A stretch of 64,000 nucleotides of DNA from Squalus acanthias. Lineage: Eukaryota. Of this stretch, positions 13,138-25,281 are shown in pieces. Under the pieces are notes generated by a model, which saw only the letters and a list, made by a program, of their open reading frames with translations, had not been told where the DNA came from and did no database searches. Location of the stretch: contig CM059432.1 of the NCBI GenBank assembly GCA_030390025.1, forward strand, positions 46,502,001-46,566,000. Reading direction: 5' to 3'. The translations under genes were made by a program, and so were the position numbers. How positions within the stretch are numbered: the stretch's first letter is position 1; every line of letters starts with the position of its first letter.

Positions 13138-15370
13138 AGCCTAGAAATTGGAGTAGGCTGGGAACCTGTCGGTGAAGTTAATGGCCGCCCAGAGTAATAG
13201 CCCAGGTATTTTGGTGCTGCCTGCTCATTTACATAAGCGCAGTGCAAATCTTGGAGTGCAAGACTGTTTTTCCGGCGGTACTCTCAGCAGGAGGCGCAAT
13301 GTAGCGTGGCCGTTACATCCCTGGAGCAAGAAAACTGATGTCTTAAAGCAAGGATGTCATTTTAGAAAGCAATATCGGTCCCTTAAAGGGGAAATGCCTT
13401 CTAAAATGAAAAAAATTAAAATCATTTAAAAATAGGCAGTCTTTAGCCTTAGAGCTCAACTGCCTTCTGAAAATTTTTTAAAAAAAAATTCCCAAATGGC
13501 AGTCTTCAGCTCTTAAAGCTGAATTGCCTTCCAGATGTACAAAAATGGTAAAAGTGCTTCAGCACTAACACAAATGGCTCAGCAAGCCAGGGAATGGCAC
13601 CCAGGGTTTCACACGCAGCACTCAAGCTTTGTGCAGGGGGTCAACACTGCAAGAAAGTTCCTCTACTCACAGGGGCCAGGAGGCCCTCCAGAAAGAACAA
13701 TCTGAGAACAGATCACCGAGGCCGTCACTGCCAGCAGTGTCACTCCCACAACCTGGCTCCAGTGCCCAAAGAAGCTTCATGACCTCAGATTAGTGGTCAA
13801 GGTCAGTGAATGCATCTTCAAAAACCATCTCCTACCAACTGCACCACTAGCCTCACACACTGCTCATTGCACAACATCCCGCCCCCCTGCCCCCCCATCA
13901 CTCACCTACCAACAATCTATACCAAACACGAGGCACACCTCCCATTCCCAGCTTCACCTCACCCCCTTGGAGGAGACGGTGCTGGCTATTCTTGGCAGGG
14001 GCATGGCTGAGCCCTTGGCTGGAAGATGCAAGATGCTTGTATCTTCATACGTTATTCTCCTTCTCACATCCCACTTCCCCCTCATCCCACAATATCTTCT
14101 GATTTAGAAGGTGCACATGGTGTAAGAATGCAGCTCTTGCTTTCCCGCCCTCACCACAACTCTACCCTTGTGCCTTCCTCATTTTACACACCCAATGAAT
14201 CCAGCCTGCCCAGCCAGTGGTTGACCAAGAAGAGAGAGAGGAGAATGAAGAAGAAGAAGAAGAAACACCGTCACTCGATATCACAGTCCCAGCCACCAGC
14301 TTCTCAAGGTCGTCCTGCAAGGCCATCTCCAGTGTCCCCCACTGAAAGTCAGCAGTCTTCCACCAGCCATGCTGCAGCCACTGGGGTAGCACTGCGTGAC
14401 ATCAGTAGGATAGGCAAAGGCACACACAAGACATCACTAAGAGAATGCATAAGGGTGATGAGTTGATTTCTTGATGTCATGTTGGATGATAGATGTATAA
14501 AGTTGGATTGGAAAGTTTGCTTTGTGGCGGCTTTTATTTCAGCATTGTGGCCAAGAGAATGCTCTGATGGTCAGCAACAGATGGAAGGTAAGGTGTAGGA
14601 CAAATGTTGAAGGGGGAATTGGGGTTGTGGTCACTGGTACCACAGGCTGGATGATTCCATCCCGATATCCCGGCCAGAAAAGGGCTGTCTGTGTTGCATC
14701 CTTCCTTCCGCTTCCTCCTCTTCTGCTTCTTCTTCTGTGTCCTCCTCTTCTGTGTCTTCCTCTTCTGCTTCTTCCACTTCCCTCTGCAAGCGGATGCTGG
14801 AAATCTGAAATAAAAGCAGAAAATGCTGGAAATACTCAGCAGGTCAGGCAGACTCTCGACCTGAGACGTGAACTCTGTTTCTCTCTCCACGGATGCTGCC
14901 TGACCTGTTGAGTATTTCCAGCATTTTCTGTCTTCTCAGAGGCCTTTCATTTACCATCGGAAGCCTTGCAAGCATCCAGCAGCACTCCCTGCACACTTTA
15001 AAAACATTTAACATCTGTTGCACCAAGCCACTACTTCAATACAATATTAAAAAAAGTCAAAACGCTTAATTCCAAACTTACCTGAAAGATGTGTGTGTCC
15101 CTTTAAGAAGCGCCGACAGCATCTCTGCAGGGCTGCTTCATGCACGCTTTCCCGAGCGTGCTTAGGACCCGGCGTTAACCAGAGAGAAAAGTTTGCACGC
15201 CGACTGACATCATTCTCTGCTCATTTACATTTCAGGGGCCAGCGCTCTGGCCCTTACTAAAATTGCGGCTGCCGGGTCCCGTGCCGGAGGCGGGCAGAAG
15301 TGAGGCGGCTGCCATTTCTTTCCCGAAACGGTCCTTAACGGCCAGCCCAAACACTACGAATGTCTAGGCC
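13138..15370 (+). mobile_element. Non-autonomous Harbinger derivative (Myb remnant on +, transposase acidic tail on -)
   Basis: TIRs AGCCTAGAAATTGG and rc GGCCTAGACATTCG; TSD ACT/ACT; TTWLQCPKKLHDL Myb remnant at ~13750-13800. Confidence 0.8.
14793..14935. repeat. Palindromic Penelope-like terminal remnant nested in the Harbinger derivative
   Basis: Arms CAGAAAATGCTGGAAATACTCAGCAGGTCAGGCAG and CTGCCTGACCTGTTGAGTATTTCCAGCATTTTCTG; related degenerate copies at ~12335-12440, 23225-23425 and 26230-26670. Confidence 0.55.
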
Positions 15371-15471
15371 ACTGTATCTGCACAGAATACAGCTTTTGTT
15401 TCATCAAGAGATAGAAAAAGCTTTCCCCATGAATGGAATCAACCCTGTTTTCTAGGATGACAGCATATAAT

Positions 15472-16237
15472 GGCCCTGAAATTCGCCTCTCTGGCTGGCC
15501 GCGGGGGTAAGGATCGCACGCGCACTTACCTACCGCGCCTGCCGTTGGCCTCTGGGCCCACGGGGACTTCAGCTCCTGGGCCTGCTCCAAGTGCCGGCGC
15601 GCAGGGCTTGCGTATCCCAGGGGCGTAGTTAGTGCGATGCGTCCCCTGGGATCACGTGGGCCATGGAGAGCCAATGGCAGCAGACCATCTTTCATTCATA
15701 GATTTGACAGGAAGACCTGTCAAATCTATGAATTGAAATCGGCCCCAAAAGAACAGCTAAACTTAAAATATTTTTTTTTTAAAACCATCACATTTATAAA
15801 ATAACTATAAGTTAAATAAATTAACTACTTTAAACAAAAATTTAAATTTTTGAAAAAATTATAATACTTTTTAACAGTGCTAAAAATAAACTTACCTTTC
15901 TTTAAAGTATCTAAAAAAGATAAACCTGTTGAAAATTTTTTTAAATTATAATTAATTAACCACTTACCTTGTTGAAAACGGGTCCTGTGCCTCCTTTTTA
16001 AAAGCGCAGGTTCTTCAATACTTACCCTCCCGGAGAAACCTGAAAAAACCCCTAAATTTGCTGCGTGCGCGCAGCCTCTACCGCGCACGCGGTTCACCTC
16101 TGAACCGCTCCCTTCACCAGACCGGAAGTTCCGGTTTCCCGCGCATGCGCAGTGCATGCAGGAAACCGGCACTTCAGGACACCTTATGGGTGAGTACACA
16201 GCGCGTACTCACCCAGCAAGTGCCGAATTTTTGGTCC
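15472..16237. mobile_element. Harbinger-type MITE, family A copy 1 (multi-hairpin)
   Basis: TIRs GGCCCTGAAATTCG and rc GGACCAAAAATTCG; TSD AAT/AAT; homologous to 58782-59512. Confidence 0.85.
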
Positions 16238-17167
16238 AATATGTATTTGTGACTTTTTTAAGACATCTAAAGAAAATTAGCTAATAAAAATTAATTTATA
16301 TTTTCACATAATGATTTACATGGATGAACTGTTTTGACATAGGGGAAATTATTTTTCAGGAGGAATATATTGCTACTTTATTTGAGGAGATTGATGTCAT
16401 TACATGTAATATAGCTTTAATTCATGCGATTACAGCTTTCATTTGAGCATGTGTTACTCTTAATCATACACTCATTCACACCAATAAAATGGTGATTATA
16501 TAGATTGTTGCAGTACATATGATAGTCAGTGATTCAAAAGACTATAATTAACTGAATAATACCTATATTTCTCAAACAGTACTAATGCAGTAATAATATA
16601 TAATAGTCAGCTGAATGATTAAAAAAAGAAAGAACTTACATTTACATAATGTCTTTCACTTCATGATGTCCCAAAGAGCTTCCCAGTCAATGAAGTTTTT
16701 AAGTGTAGTCGCTTGTAATGTAGGGAAAAGAAAGCTATCCTTTTTACTAAACAAAACATCTCTCTTTTACTTAGGCTGTCATGACTGTGCTGGTTAATGT
16801 TTTAATGATGCCAAGCTTCAAGGTCAGAAAATGCCAAATTAAATTGTCATCAGTAACAATTATCCTCACAACTGATCTCGTGTGAGCAGGTTTTCATCTT
16901 TACTCTCAAGACATTTAAATAATCAGTTCCGTTAAAATACCTAAGACTGTTTAATCCTCATATAAAATTTGTTTAATTTAAATGAATTCTTATCTACACC
17001 TAACTGACAGTGGTTTCTCGAGTCAGTCCACTCAAAATGGCATGATTTCATTCAACGTCTCATTTAGACTTTGCAGATGAGATCAGCTAAGTTAAGTTTG
17101 TCGTTTACTTCATAGCACATAGTTATTTGAGGCAAAAGCTGCATAAATATTAAAAGGACAGCACGCA

Positions 17168-17993
17168 GCCCGGATAGTAACTTGGAGGCGGGGAGGGAGC
17201 GGGGGGACTGTTTTGCGGTCAGGAAACCTGGAAGAACGGGTTTCCTTCAGGCCCTGCCGAATTTAGTAGCAGCACCTGATTAACATTTTTTGTATCCATT
17301 TCCCAGCTACAGCCAGCTAGATTGAGAGGCTAGCTGGCTGTCGGGCGGGAAGGCCTGCAGCACCAGGCTGCAGCCGGGCAGTGGAGATATCGTGGTTCGG
17401 GGGCACTGGATCGATCAGAGGGGTCGGAGACATCAGGGGGACAGAGACACATCATGGGGGGGTGGTCGGAGACATCGGGGGGACAGAGACACATCATGGG
17501 GGGGGTGGTTGGAGACATGGGAGGGACCCGCGACACATCGAGGGGTCGGAGACATCGGAGGGACCGGAGGGTGGTGAGGGGATATCAGAGGTCGGAGGTG
17601 AGATTGGAGGCATGGGGGAGATCGGAAAGGTCGGGGGGGGGGGGGAAGATCGGAATGGTCGGGGGGACGGGATCGGAAGCGTTGAGGGGTGGGGGAGATC
17701 GGAAGGGTCGGGTTGGTGGGAGATCGTGGCTTGTAGGGGTGGGGGGAGCAGGTAAGCTGGATCCAGCAGTCCTCACCTCCCTTTAGCTTCCGGGTTTCCC
17801 AAGGCCCGGGAAATCCGGCTGGCCAGACTGAAATTTAAAATGGAGGTAAAATCTGAAGCACGGAGTCTCATTATAATATTTAAATGATCAACCCGTCTTC
17901 TGGGAGCGAATTTGTCGCCCGCTCCCCATTCCACCTCCGTTAAAACTGGAAACGACCCAAAGCCTCCCATTTTGGGGGGTTAAAATTCCCACC
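17168..17993. mobile_element. GC-rich non-autonomous DNA element with an internal G-rich minisatellite
   Basis: Right end GTTAAAATTCCCACC; shares blocks with 2946-3404 and with 39823-39993/41551-41720; ~42-bp degenerate GTCGGAGACATC repeats at 17420-17730. Confidence 0.55.
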
Positions 17994-18015
17994 GCTATTG
18001 TTCACTTGACATTTT

Positions 18016-18780
18016 GGGGTAAAAATTGAGTCGCGCCCCATTTGGGGCGCTAACCTCGCCGGGGCGCGACTTTTAGCGCCCCGAAAAAATTAGCGGCCCC
18101 GCGCCGGAACTTCAGTGGTTGCGCCCCAAGAGGGAAGCGGGGCGCCACTGGAAGCACCCCGCATCCCTCTTGGGGCGCTGCGAGTGAATATCCTGGCGCT
18201 ACGTGCGCAGCGCCACGCGCTGCGGCACGTCGCGCCGCGGTATTGCAGGCCTTCCTCCCCTTCTTAAAGGGGAGGGACCCTGCGCAGCGCGAACCGGGGC
18301 CCAGCTGGGCCCCCAGGGATCGGGAGTGCCGGCAAAAGAGCCCGGCACTCAAGAGAAGTGCCGGGCTCTTGGAGCGCAGCCGGCACTTCACGGTGGGGGG
18401 GCTTCACGGGGGCCGGGGACAGCAACGGGGGCAGGTGCTGGCAGGCGGCCAGCAACAAAAATGGCCGCCTGCCACCTCCCCTTTAAATATCGCCGCCCCG
18501 GCCGCACGTACGCCTCCCTGAACCCGTCGGACATAGCGTCTGGCGGTAAATCAGGGGGCGCGACTGAAGATCACGGCCGGGGCGCGAGCGGGGTGCTGCG
18601 CACGGCGATGACGTCATCGCCGGCGCGCGCCAGGCGCTACCGGCTGCCGCCGCCGCTAACCTCCCACTAAATTCTTCGGGAGGCGTGGGCGGCGCTGCGC
18701 CCGGGCGTTAGCTGCTTTACGCCCCATTAGCGCCCTCTTAAGGCGCTAACGGGAGGCGCAAGCAGCTGAATTTTTCCCCC
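18016..18780. mobile_element. Harbinger-type CpG-rich MITE, family B copy 1
   Basis: TIRs GGGGTAAAAATTGAG and rc GGGGGAAAAATTCAG; TSD TTT/TTT. Confidence 0.8.
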
Positions 18781-19961
18781 TTTGTCTATCCACTGCTTCT
18801 AAAGATGCAATTCTTCATCATCATCAAGGTTTTTGCAGTGATTTTGTTTATAGATCAATCAGATGGTTGTTAGTATTGGGATAAGTGTGGTCCTTTTGTT
18901 TATATTTACTTCGGTAACAGAACACTTTTTATTTTGAATGTTAATTTAAATTTGTATAGAAGAATCTCAACTTCCTGGAGCCAGGAAAATTGAAAAGGGT
19001 TGATGGAATGATTGAACTTTCCCTGGGGACTTTACCTGTCCCATCAGTTAGTGAACAAACGATTGAACTGATGCGGAGAGGATGTCACCTGGATCTTCAC
19101 TTACGCAACTGAAGAATGCAGATTCTGGTTTCAGTGAGTCTGCCATACCTATTACTGTGGGTATAATTTAATAATGGCACTAAGGAAGTTATTATCACTG
19201 TTGGTGATCTGTTTTGTTGCCTGCTTTTAGGCATAACTGCAAATTGTTAGTTTTCTGTCTTTGTTGCCAGGCTTCAGAGAAGCACTCAGCTTGGTAACTC
19301 TACAAAGGGTTGAGAAACATATCAATGAGTCAGCCAATTTATCCTTTGTACAGTATAGTAGTTGACTATATTACCCTAGATGCCTCTTTACTGCTATGTA
19401 GCTATATGTTAATAAATGCGTGCGTCAAAAAGGCTCTGTCAAAAGAAAGAGCCAAAGAGGATTTTCACCTTGATGAAGGATATGGAATTTGCCCTGATAT
19501 TATAGCCTGTGCAACTCACAGATCCCTAGCAATGTAGAGCTGACATCAGTTTAGATAGAGTGAGATACTGTGTGCTGGGCAGTTAAATACAGAAAACTTA
19601 AGTTATTTTTCTGAGATTTTTAGTTCAACACATTGGTTACTCTTTGCCTACTGTTAAAATAATTTAGAACAAATAGAATCATCATGGATTTTGTATAAAA
19701 ATGGCTATTGAGACGAAGGTATTTCAATAACCATCATTATCTGAAGTTAAGATATTTTGGTCATAGATCATGTCCATGTACTACTCAGAGAATAAAGCAC
19801 ACTGCTTCAGAGTATGTAAGAGATAAATATTTTGGATAACTCCATTTATCACAATCTGGATGAATGACCAGACTATTCCCAATGGCCCACGACTGCCATC
19901 CAACTATCAGAGAAGCACAGACTGTGACACGATTCTCCTTCATGGAAGAGTAAAACACTAA

Positions 19962-20720
19962 GGGGGTGAAATTCCCCAAGAGGGCCGTTTGGGGCGTTAA
20001 GTGAAAAATGTTTGGAAACGCCATGCAAACATTTGTTAAATTCCCTCTTTTTGGTCCAAGAGGGAAGTGGAGCGCTAAATCAAGCACTCCACTTGCCTCT
20101 TAGAGCCCAAGAGATGGGGAATGTCCCGATCTGGGGCGATATGCTCAGCAGCGCCACGTGTGGCCACGCTGCTTCATTGCAGGGCCTCTTCCCTGCATTA
20201 AAGGGAAGGGCCCCACGCTGCGAGGTCGGCATGTTTCATTGTAGATTTCTGGGCCACCGGGGAGTGGGAGTGCCACGCGATTAACCCGTCACTCAAGCAG
20301 AGTACCGGGCTGAGCGATTGCAGCACGGACGTCGCGACCGGTGGCTGAAAATAATTTTTTTTTTTTAAATCAGCTTTTTTTTGTTGGCCGGCCGCCCACC
20401 GTGCCTTTAAGTTGTGTCCCACGAGCGTCCGGCCTCACTGTGCGTGACCCCTACAGCAGTCAGTAACATCGCCCAGCGCTGCTGCGGGGTGCAAGTGCAA
20501 ATTTTTCTCCCGAGGCGCTACCGGGGCGCTGCGCCTGGAGATGACGTCATGATCTCCGAGCGCAGAAGATTGGGGCAATACTCGGCAGCGCCACCGCTAA
20601 CCTCCCGTGGAATTTCGCGGGAGGCGCGGCTAGCGTCTCGGGGGGGGGGGGGGGAGGGAAGCCATTTGCGCCCTGTTAGTGCCTCCCACCAGAGGTGCAA
20701 ATGAGCGGAATTTCGCCCTC
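19962..20720. mobile_element. Harbinger-type CpG-rich MITE, family B copy 2
   Basis: TIRs GGGGGTGAAATTCC and rc GAGGGCGAAATTCC; TSD TAA/TAA; shares GATGACGTCAT, CCGCTAACCTCCC and TTAAAGGG blocks with 18016-18780. Confidence 0.8.
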
Positions 20721-20904
20721 TAATATTCATAATTTCCGAAAGGAAAAATGAGAGTTATTATTCACAATTGCACAAATGTGCCAGCCTCGACATTCATCTG
20801 CAGAAATCTTGTTACAGGAGTTATTAGAATTACGTTTCACTTTCTTTACCAAAGGTATTGTCCTCCAATTCAACAGTCTTGTAAGACAGTGTGCAAGTTA
20901 TTTC

Positions 20905-21095
20905 TTTCTGTTCATGGGATGCGGGTGTCGCTGGCAACGCCAGCATTTATTGCCCATCCCTAATTGCCCTTGAGAAGATGGTAGTGAGCGCCATTTCAGA
21001 GGGTAGTTAAGAGTCAACCACATTGCTGTGGGTCTGGAGTCACATATAGGCCAGACCAGGTAAGGATGGCAGATTTCCTTCTCTAAAGGACATTA
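20905..21095 (-). mobile_element. SINE/LINE 3' tail fragment (same tail as the LINE ending near 31500)
   Basis: Reverse complement contains GGGCAATAAATGCTGGC..GCCAGCGAC..CATCCCATGAA. Confidence 0.65.
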
Positions 21096-21574
21096 GTAGT
21101 GGAAATTTGCAACCCTCAGACAGATATAAACAGACATCAGATTACTGAATACCAGACTGATTTCTTCAAAGAAATACAGAATTAAAGTTATTGTCACAAA
21201 AGCCACTGGGGAAATATCCAAATGGAAGCAGAACAGTTCCACAGCCAGATGCAAGCTATTCTTAACTGTTCCAGAAACCGCATTTACCCCCAAGACAATA
21301 ATGCCCTTTTTCATATTTTGACTTATTTTCTGTTACTTTGTAATATAGCACAATACATCATTTATTTTATGTATTCAAGGACATGACTAAAGGATGCTAC
21401 CAGGACAACTCATCTATTAAAGGTCTTTGGTCTTCACCTAGGTTTCTGATTATTTTAAATCTGTAACAAGGACATACGTTTCTCAAATTTCACTCATGTG
21501 ATTTCTGGAAACACAGAATAAATTGCCGAAATTTTACTGAGGTGACAATGGGAAAATTACAGATTTACCACAGC

Positions 21575-22980
21575 CCACTTCATGCTCCAACAGCCACTTT
21601 ACTGCATTTGGAAGACAGATTGAGCTTTATGCAGGTTGCAAGTGTTTGGAGCCAACTCTCTATCCAGTGTCACCTCATTGGAACGAGCTCTCTCACCTCT
21701 GACAGATCGCTTCTGTCATCTCAGGTTCACCTGCAATCTATTCCATCAGCATGGGTACAGTTTATACTCTCTCACCTTGGGCCTCAGAATCTGATCACGA
21801 TCAGCCGCAACACCAGCATCAACAGGCACACCAGCAGTATCAACAACCACACCAACCTTCTCCATAATCATCTGATGCTGCACAGGACAGAGGGCACCAG
21901 ACCACATTGCTGCCCGGGAGGCCAGGGATGGCCTCACCATGGCCACATTTACTTCACTTGACGCTGTACACCCTGGCTGCCACATGATGCGCCAGGTTGG
22001 CACCACCCCACACCAACAACATAAAGCATCCCGACAATGCCCAAGCCATTCCTTTCACACTCATCACCATTGCGGGGGGTACCGTTATGTCTCACCATTC
22101 ACTGCAACTCACTAAGCCACTTCCAAAGGTGCATACCAATCTGTCCAAGAATGCAAAGTGTTGAAAATAAAGGTTTCAATGTTTGACACCACCTTAACAG
22201 AAACTTCACATGAATATTGCATAAAACACCCAAGTGCCTACCCTTGCGTGCTGTTAGTTGGTATGATTGCACTAGGATGAGGGTGAGTGTGAGGGGTGGC
22301 TAGTGAGATGGGGACGTGATAATGTAGATAGAGAAGGATGGCTGGAGGTGCAAAGTAAGTTGGTGTGAGTAAGGCTGTGCAGGAGTAGGGTAGGGAAGGC
22401 AAGGCAGAGTGATGGGGATGGGATGAGAGGACAGCAGGATGAGGTTGAGTGTGGCTTTGTACTAACATTTCGTGATCTACTGAGATCATTGAAATGTTTG
22501 TGGCACTGCGCCCAGGACCTCCTGACCACATCCCTGCTTGTGCCCTCCTCTGCAATGTGAACCAGGCTGTGTTGATCTCTTGGGGAGGTGTCTTCCACCC
22601 ATGGGAAGAGGACCTCCCTGCGTGCTGTGACTCCCTCCATAATCATATGGAGAGAGTCATGGGAGAGCCTGGGTGCAGCCATACACCTCTGTGCAGTGCT
22701 TGTCAGTGTTTGCAGCACCTCACTGCTGCAGAACACTGACAGCACAACTGTCAAAAGAAAGTTGGCCATGGTCCCTTTAAGGAAACCGGCTGATGACGCG
22801 TCATCAAACGACGTCACGAGACCCGCTTCCTCTAATTAGCCGGGAAACTTGCTGGGCGGGCTTAACAAGCCCAATCACGGTAAACTCATTTCAGAGGCTG
22901 GGATGGAGACAGCAATGGGGTCAGGACCCACCACCGACGTCACCCGCCATGGACCCACTGAGGTTCGTAAAATCCAGCCC
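21575..22980. mobile_element. Internally deleted Harbinger copy related to 6183-10574
   Basis: Collinear blocks matching ~6550-6865, 7856-8196 and 9875-10560; Myb exon 1 on - (VVRRSWAQCHKHFNDL); right TIR rc GGGCTGGATTTTACG. Confidence 0.85.
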
Positions 22981-24738
22981 TCTGCTCCCATTCTTGAAGG
23001 GAGCATGGATCAGTAATCGGGCTGCAACACTGTAGCTCCAATCCTCTGACCCATCCTTTCTTCAAGTGCAGCTCCCCGCTAGGAGTGCAGGTTGGAAAAT
23101 CGTAATACAATGAACGAGAGAGCAAATTATTACTGCGACAGGATATATTTGTCAATAAAAACTACTGGTTATAAAGTCACTGAACACAACCAAATCATAA
23201 GAAATCGAAGAACTAAAAAATTGTAAATGCTGAAGATATGAAATGAAGATAGAAAACTCTGAAAATGTCCAGCAGGTACATCAACATCTGAAGAAAAGAC
23301 AAGTTAATATTTTAGGTAGAAACCTTTCGTTACAACTCTGAAACATTACACCTGAAACATTAAGGGACCTTCTCTCTTTGGAGAGACTGAAATACCTGAT
23401 GTGTATTTTCAGCATTTTCAGTTTTTCCAAGAAAAATCAATACTTGTCAGGATCACTGTCTTCATTTTATTTTGTTTCCATATTAAACCTTTTATTTTGT
23501 ATTTCACGTTTGCTCTTTTTCTAATTTCACTTGAGACTAGTTAAAACCTTAGACTAGATTCATTTAGCCAAAAACACTGAACAGGTTTGCCACCCAGGGT
23601 TCATTTGCTCTTGGGCATTTATGCAATATTTTTGATAACCCTGGGATTAAACTGAAACTGTGGAAGTCTTTTCAGGAAATCTGTGGAATTGTAAAAAAAA
23701 AACCATGTGAGTAGCTACAGGAACCATGGTATCATTTTAGTATATCAGTGAAATGGTACTGTCAGTGCAGTTAACTTCCTGATGTATACGTTGTACCCTC
23801 ATTACTGTATTTACACCTTTTGGATTATAGTAGAATGATTTATATAGTAATATAACATTTTCGTGTTTTACAAACAGAATGAATGAATTGATGCAAATTA
23901 TAATCTGAATGTTTATTTTAATTTCACTCCAAGATACTGGCATTCTAAGTAGAAAATATCATGAGGGATACCCTTTTAGCTGCTTGAACATTACAGAAAT
24001 AACTGACATCATTGTCTGGTTTCATAACACATAGGTGGCATACTTTGCAAGACAATGAATTATTTACAAGGATGTGTAGTACAAGATTTTCTGCACTTCA
24101 GGTTTTCAAAACCCTTGCACTGGGAAGAGAACTGACATTGCCATATTAAGTTCTCTTCACTGCGTCAGGAGATGAGAAGTCCATTGTAATTCAGTTAAAG
24201 AGCCACTGTCATTTTTGCTATGCTGCATGAGGTCTTCTATAACATTGAGGAAAAATGTCTTTTACAGTTATTTGAAGTTTTTATATATGTCATCAGTTAG
24301 TCAGAGAAGTTGTCAAAACCAATAAATAAAGTGATGCGGTTCACCTACAACAATTCCCCACAGACTTGTTAAAATGTCTTTGACAAAGGGCTGACACAAC
24401 TGAGCACTTGACTACTGACCAAAGAGCAAAATTAATAATAGCTGGTTATCCACATTCTAATGAATTTTAAAGTGAGCTGCCCTTTTATATGATGCAGAGA
24501 TGCAGTAAAGCAATATATATATATATCTGCTCTGACCACAATAAGACAAAAACATGTTGGAAATGCACTGTTCTTGTCATGTAGTCATTGATAATCAAAT
24601 TGGAAGTAAAGCTGGGAAAAAAGCAAATGGGCTCACCACTTTACTGCAGAAAATTGTGGTGGGATATTAGATTTGAAGTATTTAGAACAACTAGAACGCA
24701 GTAAGAAGTCCAATCCTTGCTTCCAACCAAAATATCAC

Positions 24739-25281
24739 AGGGGAAAAATTGGACTGCGTTGCACCCATTTTCCGGGCGGAGAACGGGTGCAAAGAGGTCA
24801 CATAGGGGGGTCAACACCCCGCGCCCGAACAGCGTCGGAAACTTGTTCGTGCCATCTTGGTTTGGGCACTGTGGAGGCCTTCCTGGCTACTGCCTAAAAT
24901 ATGCATTAGGGCCTTGAATATGCTAATTAGGGGCCTAACGCCTGCTTTAGGGCCCATTCTGGAAATTGGTTTGCCCTGGTCAAGCCTGCTGTGTTTGTGA
25001 TTACTTGGTCTACCTTAAAGGGACTGCTGGAGGTCACCACCATAATGGTAAGTTTATAAAAAAAAAATACTTACCTTAATGTGGAGCCAAGAGGGACAGG
25101 AATGCTCCTCCTGGTTCCACATTAAAACTTTGGGCTGCTGCCAGGCAGTGTTTAGCCCTTCCCTTCGGCCTGTGGCAGACTGGGACACCAGCTAATGAGG
25201 TCGGTGGACCAATTTGCCATGATCCCGCTTGGGCCTTGGGCCTTGGGCCTTGGGCCTTGGGCCTGATCCAATTTCTAGGCC
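24739..25281. mobile_element. Harbinger-type MITE with an internal (TTGGGCC)n array
   Basis: TIRs AGGGGAAAAATTGG and rc GGCCTAGAAATTGG; TSD CAC/CAC; 7-mer repeated ~5 times at 25229-25264; related fragment at ~5870-6050. Confidence 0.7.

Noticed and set aside
18050..18670. GC-rich ORFs of 64-155 aa
   Set aside because: Stop-poor by composition inside a TIR-bounded MITE; no recognisable domain.
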